The position numbers were made by a program, and so were the translations under genes. The notes under the pieces are model-generated. The model searched no databases. It was given only the letters and a program-made list of their open reading frames with translations, and was not told the DNA's origin. Of a stretch of 29,964 nucleotides of DNA, positions 9,101 through 19,068 are shown one piece after another. Each line of letters opens with the position of its first letter. Positions within the stretch are counted from its first letter, which is position 1. This DNA is from a virus (lineage: Duplodnaviria > Caudoviricetes), in IMG/VR virus record IMGVR_UViG_3300010370_000162, positions 1-29,964 of that record; one strand, given 5' to 3'.

Positions 9101-12100
9101 AGAACCATTTACTACCAGTTTGCTATTGATGCCAGAAGCCGTTCCAATTCCAACGTTACCGTTGAAAGCTATTCTCATGGACTCTGTGCCATCTGCGAGC
9201 TGGAATACCTGCGTGAATCCTCTGTACAGGTTTATAGAAGTTCCGAAGAACTGTGCACCTACTATCAGTTGAGAATTTGCGTTGCCTGTTAGGCTACTTG
9301 AGACGTGCAGAATGCTGCCAGCCGAAGTTCCGTTTTGAGTGTTTGTACCAATTCCGACGAACCCACTGCCACTCACAAAAAGCAGTGAAGATCCTGTATA
9401 GCTCTGTGCATCAAGTACGCCTACTGCCGTCGAGGACGCAGCTACACCTTCTCTGATCGTTACCACAGGCGACGTCGAAGATGAAGATCCTGAAATGTAG
9501 AGCCTCGAACTGTAAGTACTCGTACCGATTCCAACATTTCCGCTTGTATCGATCCTCACTCTCTCTGAGTTTGATGTTCTGAGTGCTATGACTCTTCCGA
9601 CACCAGATTCCAACTGCAGACCGCTTAATTCCTGCATGTAAGTTCCGGAATCTCTGAATAAAAGCTTTGAAGCTCCATTCAGCAAAAGAGTTGCTGAATC
9701 GTTGTTGCCCACATGAAGAGTGGCCGAAGGTGATGTGTTGTTCACGCCGACGGAGGTGCCATCATCGTATACAAGACTATTTGCTATGGCATTTCCACTC
9801 GTGAACTTTACGTGGTAGTTTGCGGTTCCGCTGCCCGTGATGACACTGCTACCGCTAACGAGTAATCCAAAGTCGATCCATGTAGGCGAAGAAGTGCCTG
9901 CGGATCGAAGAATCTGACCTGAAGTACCGGCAGCAGAAGAAGAGAGGTACCCAGACGTGTTGAAGTATCCTACGCCGCCCTGCGTACCGCCAGAAATTGT
10001 GTTAGAAGAAACTCCCGATATCGGTATCGTCTTATTAAAGAGATTATCTGTCGATCCCGTGGTGACAAGGTTGATCTCGTTTCCGACGTAACCTGCCTTC
10101 CATCTGTCTGTGACGGTGTCCCAGATCATTGATCCCGTGGTACCTGCCGTCGTGTCAGCTACGTATATTCCTCCGAAGCTGAGCGGGGCTGGACCGGCAT
10201 TGAGAAGGATGGCATTGTCCTTGATGTTCACCACCTCAGAGTTGATGATGGAGGAAGTTCCCAGCACCCGGAGATCGCCAGATACGCTTAGATCTCCCGA
10301 GAAGGAACCGGTGCGAGCGTACACATCTCGCCACGCGGCAGTTGACGATCCCAGATCGTAAGTGAGGCTGAGGCCTGGTAGGAAGGAGCCTGTGAGAGCA
10401 GTTGTTCCTAGGACGGAGAGGGCGTTTCCGTTGAGCACAGTGGTTCCGATGCCAACAGCTCCGCCTGCATTGTAGATGGTGGAGGAGTTTCCAATGGATC
10501 CGGCGTCTGTGAACACTGGGACGTATCCTGTGGTTCCCGTTCCCGTTACGGTGCTAGGAGATGAGATGTTAACGGATCCGTTGGAGCCCGTTGCGATCGT
10601 GATGTTAGTTCCTGCAATGAGGTACGAAGTTCCATCTGTGAGCTTTGTGAGAGAACCGCTAAGACCCTGAGGTGCCTTTATGGTTCCTGAGATAACATTG
10701 ACTCCTGCGGCTGTTCCAATGTTTAGAGACGTCGCAGCACCGGCAAAATTAACTGTAGTTGCCGCCGTATTGAACACTGAGACAGACGTGCCTGTGGTCG
10801 AAAGAAGCCCTGAGTCTCCTATCGAAACGTTACCTATCGTTAGAGTGTCGGTCGTCTTGTTATAAGTTAGACCGGCCTCTCCGCCAAATGTTGATCCTCC
10901 GTCGTTGAATTGGACGTATGTGTCGAGACCCCCAGGAACAGTTGCTCCAATTCCAGCTCCACCGCCGCCTATGCCAGAGCCTCTAAAAAGACCGCCTTGA
11001 ACAAATCGAGCTTGCGACGTGTTTGATAGATCATTTGCATTACCTTTTACGAGGACAGCTCCGACATATATTGCAGCTTCTAGAGTGTTGTCTCCCTCTG
11101 TGAATATTTCTGTCGCGAGACCCGCCTCTGCAAGGTCAAGAGTTGCGTACGTGTTGTTTCCGTAATAGACGTAAAGGGCTTTGTTTACAGAATTTGGATA
11201 CCAATAAACACGTTGAATTGTGAATTGTCCGGCAGCAACAGTGCTTAAGGTTCCGTTATTGTTATAAAATGTTGGGTCTATTACAGAATAACCAGCATTC
11301 GCTATCCCGGTGTCAATAACTGGTGTTGAACCGCTCAGATATTCTCTGAATATCTTGCAGGTTGTAGGCGCAGGGTCTGTTGCGGGAAGAACCAAATTGG
11401 GAGAATCAGGATTAGAGGTGTAATTTCTTCCTGGAACGTATGAAACGCCTGCCGTCTTCGCGATCGACAAGTTGGAACCGCTGTTTGACAGTACGTGACC
11501 AGACACCTTGAGTGGACCGAAAGCTCTGTGAAATTGCTCGTTAGTAAAAGTGTTTGCATATGCAACAACAGGGGCAGTAATCGTTCCATTCGTGACGCTA
11601 CCCGTCTGGTGCAAGACTCGCCCGATCGCTATTCTGTCTGAAAAATCGTTCCCATAGAAGGGCGATGTCTGCTGAATTACACCGCCGGACGAGTTTATAC
11701 CAACATACGTTATTTGAGCAGATCCGCTGTAGGTGAGAGATATTGAAGACCTCGTTGGCCACTCAACGTATTTGATTGTAGGGTATGGATCCGACGTAGT
11801 AGAGGCGTTGTACGTTACTATTATACCTGCACCGGCTGTGATGTTGAAAGTTGTTGATCCGACTGTGGTTGAGAGGACACCTCCGTTAAGAAGTCCTGTA
11901 GCTAGCTCACCTTCAAGCCACCTGAGACGTGTCGTGTTTGTGAATCCTGTTCCCGGCTGATACTGAGTGAAATAGATGTCATTTGTGGATCCCGAAGTAT
12001 AGATGTACGACGCTGTAGTGTTTGTTGGAATTCTGAGGGCTCCAACTGGCTTCATCTGTACGTAATCCGAAACACCAAATGCACCAGATACGAAAGTGTC

Positions 12101-13531
12101 TCCTCTGAAAACTATCGATGGATCATCTGCGCCTGTTGAAGTCCTCGTTCCTGAAACGTAGAAGTTTACGTGTGCTCCTATGTCATAGGGAGAATCTACT
12201 CCGACTTGATTTCCTATAAATGCAACAGAGCCGGTAGTGTAAATCGACCCAGGCGTTGTGCTGAAGAAGAAGTCTTGATTTGCCGTTGCAGTCGTGCTTA
12301 TTGTGACAGAACCGTTAGATGCCGAAGATATTCCAATATTATTTCCGGCTATGAGATAGGAAGTTCCATCCGAAAGTCTTGTGAGAGAACCACTAATTCC
12401 TTCTGTCGCGACGATCGTACCGCTGACCTCTAGGACGTCTCCAAACATCTCAAGAGAGCCACTGACAGAAACATCACCTCCGAAGACAGATTTCTTCGAA
12501 TTAGAACCAGACCCTGTTATAGAACCGCTTACAAAGAAGAAGACGTCAGATCCGACATTCGTAACGTTGTAGGAAGAACCTAGCGCACCTGCTATTGAAA
12601 TGGACGCTGTCGTGTTTAGTGAAGGAGATGGTGAAAGTTCACTCCACTGATAAAACCGGGGCGCGATGTTCGATATAGTAACTGAGCCGTTTGCTCCGGA
12701 GACTATTCCGATGTTGTTGCCGGCAACAAGATATGAAGTTCCGTCTGTGAGTTTCGTTAAAGATCCTGAAAATCCCGTAGCAGCAACAACGTAAGTTCCT
12801 GTGAGCGCCTGCGTCGTTTTGTTGTAAGTAAGACCGGAAGAACCTGCGGCTACCCCGCCATCGTTGAAGACAACTTGTGTGTCTGACCCACCTATAGGCC
12901 CGGTACTTCCTGTAGCGCCTGTTGCTCCTGTTGCGCCCGTAAGACCAGCAGGTCCAGTTGCCCCTGTTGCACCGGTTGGCCCTGCAGCGCCTGGACTTCC
13001 GGAGGAGCCTGTTGCTCCTGTTGCGCCTGTAGGACCCGTTGGTCCTGTGGGCCCTGTCGCGCCGCCTCCGCCGCCGCCTGTTTGTTCGCTCAACGTTATC
13101 CATTTTCCTCCCACCCATGCGACAGCTACGCTGTCATAGTTGTTGGAGAGAATCTTGGTTTGGGATCCATTTATTAGGACTGAATTACTGTGTCCTTTTA
13201 AAATGATGTTATTTGAAGAACATTTACCCTGAGAGTCTTTTATGTAATAAATCGTTCCTTCACGTGGACTGCTGGGTAGTACGATTGTGACGCTTCCCGA
13301 TCCGTTCTTGATAGAAATGTCCAAGATTGTCGAGGCTTTACCGACGCTATAAGAACCACCCGGGGTTGCACTGATTGACTTGGTGCTGAGCGTGATGTCA
13401 CCGGTTATTTGAAGTTCAGACTCTGATCCTGCAGTTCCGACCTGAACATCCGTTGTAAGTACAGTCCTCTTTATACTTCCGTTTTCTGAGGCAAAAACGA
13501 TTACATCATTTGGTTTTTTGTTTATCGCCAT
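5768..13531 (-). CDS. Long tail fibre protein 1 (2587 aa) with collagen-like segment
   Basis: N-terminal [20 protein letters not shown] domain of the kind seen at the start of myovirus fibres. This is followed by a Gly-X-Y run, six SGSLTxLxDGTSYLxAG repeats, a non-repetitive domain at about 10980-11960, GNVGIGT repeats and a C-terminal KSFVIAHP...LEGPE domain. Ends in TAG. Confidence 0.9.
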   Translation of the reverse strand: MAINKKPNDVIVFASENGSIKRTVLTTDVQVGTAGSESELQITGDITLSTKSISATPGGSYSVGKASTILDISIKNGSGSVTIVLPSSPREGTIYYIKDSQGKCSSNNIILKGHSNSVLINGSQTKILSNNYDSVAVAWVGGKWITLSEQTGGGGGGATGPTGPTGPTGATGATGSSGSPGAAGPTGATGATGPAGLTGATGATGATGSTGPIGGSDTQVVFNDGGVAAGSSGLTYNKTTQALTGTYVVAATGFSGSLTKLTDGTSYLVAGNNIGIVSGANGSVTISNIAPRFYQWSELSPSPSLNTTASISIAGALGSSYNVTNVGSDVFFFVSGSITGSGSNSKKSVFGGDVSVSGSLEMFGDVLEVSGTIVATEGISGSLTRLSDGTSYLIAGNNIGISSASNGSVTISTTATANQDFFFSTTPGSIYTTGSVAFIGNQVGVDSPYDIGAHVNFYVSGTRTSTGADDPSIVFRGDTFVSGAFGVSDYVQMKPVGALRIPTNTTASYIYTSGSTNDIYFTQYQPGTGFTNTTRLRWLEGELATGLLNGGVLSTTVGSTTFNITAGAGIIVTYNASTTSDPYPTIKYVEWPTRSSISLTYSGSAQITYVGINSSGGVIQQTSPFYGNDFSDRIAIGRVLHQTGSVTNGTITAPVVAYANTFTNEQFHRAFGPLKVSGHVLSNSGSNLSIAKTAGVSYVPGRNYTSNPDSPNLVLPATDPAPTTCKIFREYLSGSTPVIDTGIANAGYSVIDPTFYNNNGTLSTVAAGQFTIQRVYWYPNSVNKALYVYYGNNTYATLDLAEAGLATEIFTEGDNTLEAAIYVGAVLVKGNANDLSNTSQARFVQGGLFRGSGIGGGGAGIGATVPGGLDTYVQFNDGGSTFGGEAGLTYNKTTDTLTIGNVSIGDSGLLSTTGTSVSVFNTAATTVNFAGAATSLNIGTAAGVNVISGTIKAPQGLSGSLTKLTDGTSYLIAGTNITIATGSNGSVNISSPSTVTGTGTTGYVPVFTDAGSIGNSSTIYNAGGAVGIGTTVLNGNALSVLGTTALTGSFLPGLSLTYDLGSSTAAWRDVYARTGSFSGDLSVSGDLRVLGTSSIINSEVVNIKDNAILLNAGPAPLSFGGIYVADTTAGTTGSMIWDTVTDRWKAGYVGNEINLVTTGSTDNLFNKTIPISGVSSNTISGGTQGGVGYFNTSGYLSSSAAGTSGQILRSAGTSSPTWIDFGLLVSGSSVITGSGTANYHVKFTSGNAIANSLVYDDGTSVGVNNTSPSATLHVGNNDSATLLLNGASKLLFRDSGTYMQELSGLQLESGVGRVIALRTSNSERVRIDTSGNVGIGTSTYSSRLYISGSSSSTSPVVTIREGVAASSTAVGVLDAQSYTGSSLLFVSGSGFVGIGTNTQNGTSAGSILHVSSSLTGNANSQLIVGAQFFGTSINLYRGFTQVFQLADGTESMRIAFNGNVGIGTASGINSKLVVNGSLSVTGSILPGSDNAYMLGSSSARWSNMVSTSISGSLTRLSDGTSYIVAGNNVTVATGSNGSITVSAPNLASSTAAFVTIGNDSTLTNERALAAGTGLNLVDGGSNSSVTLGINDSVVATISGSTFAGAVKFNQGLSGSLTKLSDGTSYLIAGSNMTVVTGANGAVTLSAPNLAPSTSAFVTIGNDSNLSNERSLASGTGLILTDGGANNSVTLAINDSIVATISGSTFTGAAKFNAGLSGSLTQLTNGISYLVAGSNVAITTGSNGQVTIASSSPSGTVTGTGTTNFLTKWTGTSTIGDSVLSSVGSEVGVTGSILPGVDNTYNLGSSAKRWNSIYAFNISGSLTGSNVVSGQVVVAGTGGVLSGSNNFWWDNSNSRVGIGTSSLTANLTIFGSTANTNIRIGEVFTNYVGINLNGSTSVNDYNILSRASDQTLYINRPSGNAIRFRESNSDQIVIASGGSVGIGTATATSDKLTIYAQGNQANPTSVEIASSDGATYGDARLTLSQQLGTRDLTLLVAGTDSRTDGLTANDTYIYGSQRLGLYSKGNGSTMNVGIHLGSNIGSSYGGISFFTAAQNAAAATRMVVDSTGNVGIGTTQPSLPLDVAGYARASSGVLVAQTNAGYGFHPGRTSSTTGATIGASSGVSSNYNGLFLDNNAFTGSQSNASFPSWRILLGGGSLEWGTDAFSVGRVAAGGTFSTPSTLFTLNSSGHALPGTDDTQDLGSSTKRWRNLYATSISGSITGSNVSAGQVVVAGTGGALSGSNNFWWNNTTRSVGIGTSSPVALLEVSSSLSGNRYANLRIGIDFLGLFSVNTYAATRQLWYHADGTQRMAIDGNGDVGIGTHIINTARLHVSGSVASQATFIAQAPQEQTGGVAVLEVSKSSGASLLFVSGSGNVGIGTRTPAENLSIHRSGGQDRVGFGVSSAVSTIYLGSNASTEAYRTLEFDRSSGKFFFKYGTVGSSLSTATTIDGSGNVGIGTTSPGFNLEVNGTFAATTKSFVIAHPTRPGWKLRYGSLEGPENGVYVRGTGDSETIELPEYWEPLVDEASITVQITPIGRWQSLFIERVENNRIKVGRGWLMKLFGIKPQFFYTVTANRKDVKFEAEYVA
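8287..9010 (-). repeat. In-frame tandem repeat, 309 bp (103 aa) period, about 2.3 copies
   Basis: The anchor GATCCGCT occurs at 8379, 8688 and 8997, spaced exactly 309 bp apart. The protein units SAPNLA...[36 protein letters not shown] are repeated. Confidence 0.92.
12893..13063 (-). repeat. Collagen-like repeat, 19 Gly-X-Y triplets (mostly GAT/GPT)
   Basis: [57 protein letters not shown], preceded by a poly-Gly linker. Confidence 0.95.
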
Positions 13532-13532
13532 A

Positions 13533-16100
13533 TCAAGTTACCGTCAGTCCGTTCGGTCCGAATTGCAACGATGTGAGAGTTGCATCAGTAATTAATAAGA
13601 GGTCTTCTTCTTGTCTCAGTTTTGCTTCTCCGTCGAAGTAAGGAACAGACGAAGTGACCTCGGGACTTAGGTTTTGTGATATCGTGAGGCGTGGATCGAC
13701 TTTTTCGTTGTAGATGTAACCTATCCCTCTTTCGTCTTTCTTGTATCTTTGACGAACGAAGTTTACTTCTGCTACAGAGGGTCCCAAGTTTTCAAAATTG
13801 TTATTTTTTAACAAATAATTTTCTTGATCAAAGTCAACCACTTGATCGTTTGAATCAAAAGATACATTGACAAATTTTGTATACTGTCTTTGCTCAAGCA
13901 TGTCTCTAAATTGACCGAATTTGTCTCTTCTAAATATTGCCCTTGTGTTAGTGGGAAATCCGCTGTAAAGACCGTACTTCCAGCCTCTTATCTCGGGAGA
14001 TACACACAGTATGTGTGATTCATATATCGAAGAAGATCCTGTCACAAGGCTAGCATTTGAAAAAATTGCATTTTCATCATAAGGACTGCTAAGAAATGCT
14101 GGGTCAAATCTATTGTCAACTATCTTCTTTTTATATCGTGGATAGTTGTTACCACCAATCTTTTTTCCTTTGTAGTCTGGTTTTATCGAGGTTAATTGTG
14201 TAACTTTGAAATTTTTAATGGCTGCAACGTACGGTTGCAGTGGTGACGATCCAAGAATTCCGTGCAAAATAGATCCAAATATAAAAGAAATTCTATATTC
14301 TCCGGGTTCGAAGAGGTAACCTTTTGCTTCGTTGTTGTAAAGACCTGAATAATTTGCACCCAAAAATCCATTTTCTTTTGAATCGTACTTACTCATAAAT
14401 CCCTGAGCTTTAGATCCCACTTCTACGGCTGTTCCTACGACAGAATCCAGCACGATAACTGATCCTAACGGATTGTATGTGGGCATATTATAAGCGTCTA
14501 CGCTGTTTTGATGCGTAGGAACCCCGGGAACACCTGAAAAGACTACGGTAAGAGATGCTAGATAATCAGCAGCTACACCTCTTTCGTAGCTAAAATGCCA
14601 CGGAAAAGAAGAAGTTACGTCAACAGACGCAATGGAAAAATCGTCTGCTAGCATTCCTGGATTGCCTGAAAATCCTGTATAAGTTTCTGAAACTAATGCG
14701 TACTGGTCTGTGTACGATGAAGGAAACCAATAAAGTCCGTCATCACCCGGCGTGCTTGATGACAAGTAGTAGTAGTTATTAGAAGAAATATTTGCACTTC
14801 CTGATTTTTGCTGTCTTTTCCATGACCAATAAGGACTTGGTGCATTAGACCAGGATACTATTAGATTACTATTATTTAAATCTTTATACCACTCTGATTC
14901 TGTTTTTCCCGTTGATTTTCCGACAGTAAAGTCTGTTAAGCTTCCTGAGATCGCGGAGTCGTCTAATACAAAGTCTCCATAGGTCAAATTATTGACATCT
15001 CCGAATCCAAAAAGAAACTTAATTGTGTCTGAAGAGCTAATTGAAGACGTTAGAAATTCCGCTGCTAAATTCTTTGTTAATTTTAGACTGCTATACGAAG
15101 TAAGATAATCGTGGGAAACTTTTTTTGAAAAGTCTACATCGCACGGAATCATAACGCAGTAACCGCCGTCGGGTGTATCTCCAAGGGAACTTGAAGATTC
15201 AAATCTTATATTGTGCTTCTGTGATCCTGAAGTTACAGTTACAAATTTTCTAAGGCTGTTACGGGCATTTGCTGGGAGTTCGCTTGGATCAATAAAACCT
15301 GGAAGAAGAGGTACAAATCTTTCAACGGGCTTTCTGTTCTTTTCAATTATAGAAGTCGGCACATGAGACTTAGAAAATCTCTCTAAGTCTACGCTATTCT
15401 GTAGCGCCCTGGGATATGAACAACTTAAGACATAGTCTACTTCTATCGATGAAAAATCAACTCCCATATTTTTTTTGAAATTTAACAGCCTGTTGTTGGG
15501 AGAGTATTTATTTTCATAAGGATAGGACCAAGTCCACGTATTGTTTGTAGTAGAATCAAAATCAAGATCTTCTTGATCTCTACTTGTTGTGTAGTAATTA
15601 AAGAAAAGATACCCGACAGAAGAAGTCACGAAGTTTTCATAGGGGCTTAGGAATCTTTGCGTCTTGCTTCTATTAAGCGTCCATACTTCTGAACTATCTA
15701 CCCTAAGACAAGCATTCACGTCTGGTAGACATGAATCATAATATCTTTCATTTTTGTCAAAGGCTTGCGAAATTCTATATGCCGTTCTTGAAACTTTTTC
15801 ATTTCCAGGTGTTATTCTGCTCGAAAGGAAAGGATTTTCTAAAAGAGCTGCAGTTCCCTCTGCGTATTCAGGCTGAGTTGCAGAATTTGAAAAAAATTTA
15901 CTAAAGTATCTTCCACGAAGTCCCTCAGTAAGAACAGTTTTTGTTCCTATCTTTGTAGACTTTAAAATTGAACCCGTTATGTAATCATCTTGCATCGTTC
16001 CGTAGAACGATGCTTCGTAAAATGTGTCAAACTGATCTAATACAGGTTCATTTCCTATTACGTCCTTAATGACGTCAGTGAAGAATTTTTCGCTGCTCAT
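13533..16100 (-). CDS. Hypothetical protein, probable virion/baseplate component (855 aa)
   Basis: Long AT-rich ORF between baseplate and fibre genes, with an ATGA overlap to the upstream gene and a 1-nt gap to the fibre gene. No family recognised. Confidence 0.75.
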   Translation of the reverse strand: MSSEKFFTDVIKDVIGNEPVLDQFDTFYEASFYGTMQDDYITGSILKSTKIGTKTVLTEGLRGRYFSKFFSNSATQPEYAEGTAALLENPFLSSRITPGNEKVSRTAYRISQAFDKNERYYDSCLPDVNACLRVDSSEVWTLNRSKTQRFLSPYENFVTSSVGYLFFNYYTTSRDQEDLDFDSTTNNTWTWSYPYENKYSPNNRLLNFKKNMGVDFSSIEVDYVLSCSYPRALQNSVDLERFSKSHVPTSIIEKNRKPVERFVPLLPGFIDPSELPANARNSLRKFVTVTSGSQKHNIRFESSSSLGDTPDGGYCVMIPCDVDFSKKVSHDYLTSYSSLKLTKNLAAEFLTSSISSSDTIKFLFGFGDVNNLTYGDFVLDDSAISGSLTDFTVGKSTGKTESEWYKDLNNSNLIVSWSNAPSPYWSWKRQQKSGSANISSNNYYYLSSSTPGDDGLYWFPSSYTDQYALVSETYTGFSGNPGMLADDFSIASVDVTSSFPWHFSYERGVAADYLASLTVVFSGVPGVPTHQNSVDAYNMPTYNPLGSVIVLDSVVGTAVEVGSKAQGFMSKYDSKENGFLGANYSGLYNNEAKGYLFEPGEYRISFIFGSILHGILGSSPLQPYVAAIKNFKVTQLTSIKPDYKGKKIGGNNYPRYKKKIVDNRFDPAFLSSPYDENAIFSNASLVTGSSSIYESHILCVSPEIRGWKYGLYSGFPTNTRAIFRRDKFGQFRDMLEQRQYTKFVNVSFDSNDQVVDFDQENYLLKNNNFENLGPSVAEVNFVRQRYKKDERGIGYIYNEKVDPRLTISQNLSPEVTSSVPYFDGEAKLRQEEDLLLITDATLTSLQFGPNGLTVT

Positions 16101-17743
16101 GGGGTGTAGCTGTTTCCTGCTCTTACATATGAGCCGTAGAAAGTTATGTTTATGGAACCGGTGTTTAACTGAACGTCATGTCCATTCAAGCTTGTTGTGC
16201 ATGGTATTGAATTAATATATGAAGAGGAAAGAAGAGTTCCTATCCCCTTTGTTTCAGCGTCTGGATTTGTCGTTGTATTGATGTCGATCTTTAGATTTTT
16301 GAAAGCGGGTCTTGTCTTGCTTACGGCAAGAACTAGTCTTTCTCCTGGGTAGATTAGATAGGGAGAGGGTCTACTTGATGCAAAATAGCTCTTAGCGATA
16401 CTGATCGCTGTATTTGGTGTGTGATTGGCAAAAGAGCTTAATGCTGAAATTGTAGACTGCCTTTCTGATTCATTAGAAATGTAGAGATCGTTTTTCTGGA
16501 GACCATCTTTTCTTAGATTGCTTTGATCTGTCGTATATTCTCTTCCAAATATAGAACCACCGCTCGGAGAAAATCCAGACATTCCCCTGCCAAAGGAGTC
16601 AATCCCTGTCAATACAGTAGAATAAGGCTTGTAATAGTCCTGTGAAATTTTACTGTTAATCCAAGAGATGAGCTGTGAAGATCCTGGATTTATTATTGAG
16701 TCTGCTGAAAATGTATAAATACCGTTAGATATGGATGCCTCCGATTTTACCTGGATGCTGCCCGTAAAGAATCTTTTTGTGCCGTTTTTCTCGGGTTTTA
16801 CTAAACAATCTACCTCGTCTGTGTCTACGCCGTTTCTTCCGAGAGACCAAAGCAGAAATTTGTAAGGAGAAGGAGAATAACCTCCTGACATAATTGGAGC
16901 TAAAATTACCTCTCTGTTTGTGTCTTCTTCATGAGTTATCATGCTGTGACATATTAAGTCTCTTATTGATCCTGTTCCGTAATTCTTTTGGCAGAATAGA
17001 GAGAGTGTAATACCAGGTCCACCTTGATCTACTAGAAAAATTTCAGTAACTCCGCCACCTACGGAACCTCCATTTTTTGTCAAATCACCACCAGAAGATG
17101 TTGCAAAATTTAGACTTGTCTTGTCGTAAAACCATCCGCTTCCAAGACAAATTGGTAATTCAAAAACTACTTTTTCTATTAGAAAAGGATCTTGTACGGG
17201 TATTGTGAAGGTTTCTGAAGAAGACGCTTCGTAAGAAGAATTACGTTGAACACTTTTTGGAAAGTCTCTGGACATGTATTCACTTTGCTTGTCCCTAGAG
17301 AGCGTTGGTCCTATGTATCCAAAATTATCTTCTATCTTCTGAGCGTAACCATCTGGGTACATATTTCTCTGTATTGAAAGACTACCTGATACAACTGCAT
17401 TCCCAAGACAGTCAAATCCTATTGCATCTTCTATGAATGTGGAACCATTTGTAAGTGCTGTTCTAATGCTTACATTTCCAAAAGGGCCAACGTGATCTTT
17501 TAGAGAAGTGTTCGGTATGTTCCATTGCCCAGTAGACGCATTGAAATAGTATAAACTGCTGCTGTTTGGAAGCATTTGCGTTCTATTTTTTACAGCAAAT
17601 GCTATTCTTATTTGTTCTTTGCTGGAGAGATTTGCTGAAAAGCTTCCTGGTGTCTCACCTATTGAAGCAATAGATCCTGTTGCATAGAAAGGATCGTTAT
17701 TGTTTCCTTGTTCAAATCTTGCGTCCTCAGAAAAAGGCTTCAT
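16097..17743 (-). CDS. Hypothetical protein, probable virion/baseplate component (548 aa)
   Basis: Long ORF with ATGA overlaps at both ends, in a structural-gene context. No family recognised. Confidence 0.75.
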   Translation of the reverse strand: MKPFSEDARFEQGNNNDPFYATGSIASIGETPGSFSANLSSKEQIRIAFAVKNRTQMLPNSSSLYYFNASTGQWNIPNTSLKDHVGPFGNVSIRTALTNGSTFIEDAIGFDCLGNAVVSGSLSIQRNMYPDGYAQKIEDNFGYIGPTLSRDKQSEYMSRDFPKSVQRNSSYEASSSETFTIPVQDPFLIEKVVFELPICLGSGWFYDKTSLNFATSSGGDLTKNGGSVGGGVTEIFLVDQGGPGITLSLFCQKNYGTGSIRDLICHSMITHEEDTNREVILAPIMSGGYSPSPYKFLLWSLGRNGVDTDEVDCLVKPEKNGTKRFFTGSIQVKSEASISNGIYTFSADSIINPGSSQLISWINSKISQDYYKPYSTVLTGIDSFGRGMSGFSPSGGSIFGREYTTDQSNLRKDGLQKNDLYISNESERQSTISALSSFANHTPNTAISIAKSYFASSRPSPYLIYPGERLVLAVSKTRPAFKNLKIDINTTTNPDAETKGIGTLLSSSYINSIPCTTSLNGHDVQLNTGSINITFYGSYVRAGNSYTP

Positions 17744-19065
17744 GAATTCATCAATCTTTCGCTTAGAATAATACTATCTTTTAGAGAAGAATCAAACATA
17801 CCGGGTCTGATTGTTCTCTCTACTCTTATGCCTCCCGGGCTGCATATTTCTGAAGCCGATCTTGACATCAAACCAACAGAAGAAGTCAATAGAGTAGAAG
17901 GTATCATGGAAGGATATTCTATAAGCTGCGAGTTACAAGCTATAGTATTAAGATCGTTAAACTCCGATCCTGCTGAAATGAATGATGAGTTGTCTCTCTC
18001 GCCTAATATAGATTTATTTTGTTTTCTAAACGTACTTTTCTTGTATCCACCGTATGCTATTGAATCAGTTCCTCTATCAGTTTGGTCATAAACAAAGCCG
18101 CAGGTTACAGATCTCTCTCTTGCTGTAACATACGTAGTGCCGCCCGGAGGTAGACTCTCAAGCACAGATTCCATGTCTGCCGTGTACGTTGAATTTGACT
18201 CTTCGCCTCTTGGATAAATTTTATCTTCAAAGAAGGACGCAGGATTCTCGTCCATGTTGAAATATCCTTCTGCAGGACCTACTCCGACGGATCCGTTACC
18301 AGTGCTTAATTTTTTTACGTCAGACGCGTCAAGAAAGAAAGCGTAATTCTTTCTTGTCCTATCAAACTCTTCTACAGAAACTACAGAATCGGAAGAATTC
18401 CTCCAGTTTATGTTACCATTTCCAAATTGTCCTTTTGTTGAATGAGGCTCAAAAGGAAAGTTTATTGAAAAATTCGCTATTACAGGCCTGATTGGAAAAG
18501 GTTCGATTATTCCGTTTAGAACGTGATTTTCTGCTTCGTTACTGTTAGAAGTTATTATGGGATATGAGAAATCCTGAGACGATTTGACATAAGCAACAGG
18601 GTTAAATACTTCTATCTCGTAATAAGTGTCTGGTCCCAGTATGTCTAAGTCAGAATAACCGAATCTGAGAGACTCGTATAAATGACCTGGTGTGCCTGCC
18701 GTTATCTTTGCCACACCTGCTGTCCAGTGCTTTTCCTGTGTTATTTCTACACCGTTTCTATAAGAATCGATGCTTGAAGAAACAAGATAGTCATTAGCAG
18801 AAGAAAGAATCTTTCTTTGATTACCGCTAGAATCTACTGCTACTGAGCTTGTCAGGTAAGAATCTGAATTAAAGACGTTGTCGTCTTTAATGATTCTTTT
18901 TCTTGACATGAGTCCAGCTACAGAATTCGATCCAGACAAACGAGAAGCCGAAGTTGTCTCTACAAAGTAGTTAGCTCTCCTCGTCCGTATCTGTTCTTTT
19001 GTGTCAAAGTAATTTCCTTCACTATCGATGTTAATGAAGTCTATTTTTCTTGCTTGCTGCGGCAT
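17740..19065 (-). CDS. Hypothetical protein, probable virion/baseplate component (441 aa)
   Basis: Starts 3 nt after the wedge gene stop, in a structural-gene context. No family recognised. Confidence 0.75.
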   Translation of the reverse strand: MPQQARKIDFINIDSEGNYFDTKEQIRTRRANYFVETTSASRLSGSNSVAGLMSRKRIIKDDNVFNSDSYLTSSVAVDSSGNQRKILSSANDYLVSSSIDSYRNGVEITQEKHWTAGVAKITAGTPGHLYESLRFGYSDLDILGPDTYYEIEVFNPVAYVKSSQDFSYPIITSNSNEAENHVLNGIIEPFPIRPVIANFSINFPFEPHSTKGQFGNGNINWRNSSDSVVSVEEFDRTRKNYAFFLDASDVKKLSTGNGSVGVGPAEGYFNMDENPASFFEDKIYPRGEESNSTYTADMESVLESLPPGGTTYVTARERSVTCGFVYDQTDRGTDSIAYGGYKKSTFRKQNKSILGERDNSSFISAGSEFNDLNTIACNSQLIEYPSMIPSTLLTSSVGLMSRSASEICSPGGIRVERTIRPGMFDSSLKDSIILSERLMNS

Positions 19066-19068
19066 AAT

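Noticed and set aside
3-13531. Diversity-generating retroelement or invertible shufflon acting on the fibres
   Set aside because: There is no reverse transcriptase, recombinase, non-coding template repeat or inverted cassette in the window. Repeat copies differ mostly at synonymous sites, not specifically at adenines.
732-13531. Very frequent GATC sites as a Dam methylation signal
   Set aside because: Largely explained by GGA-TCN (Gly-Ser) codon pairs from the protein motif.
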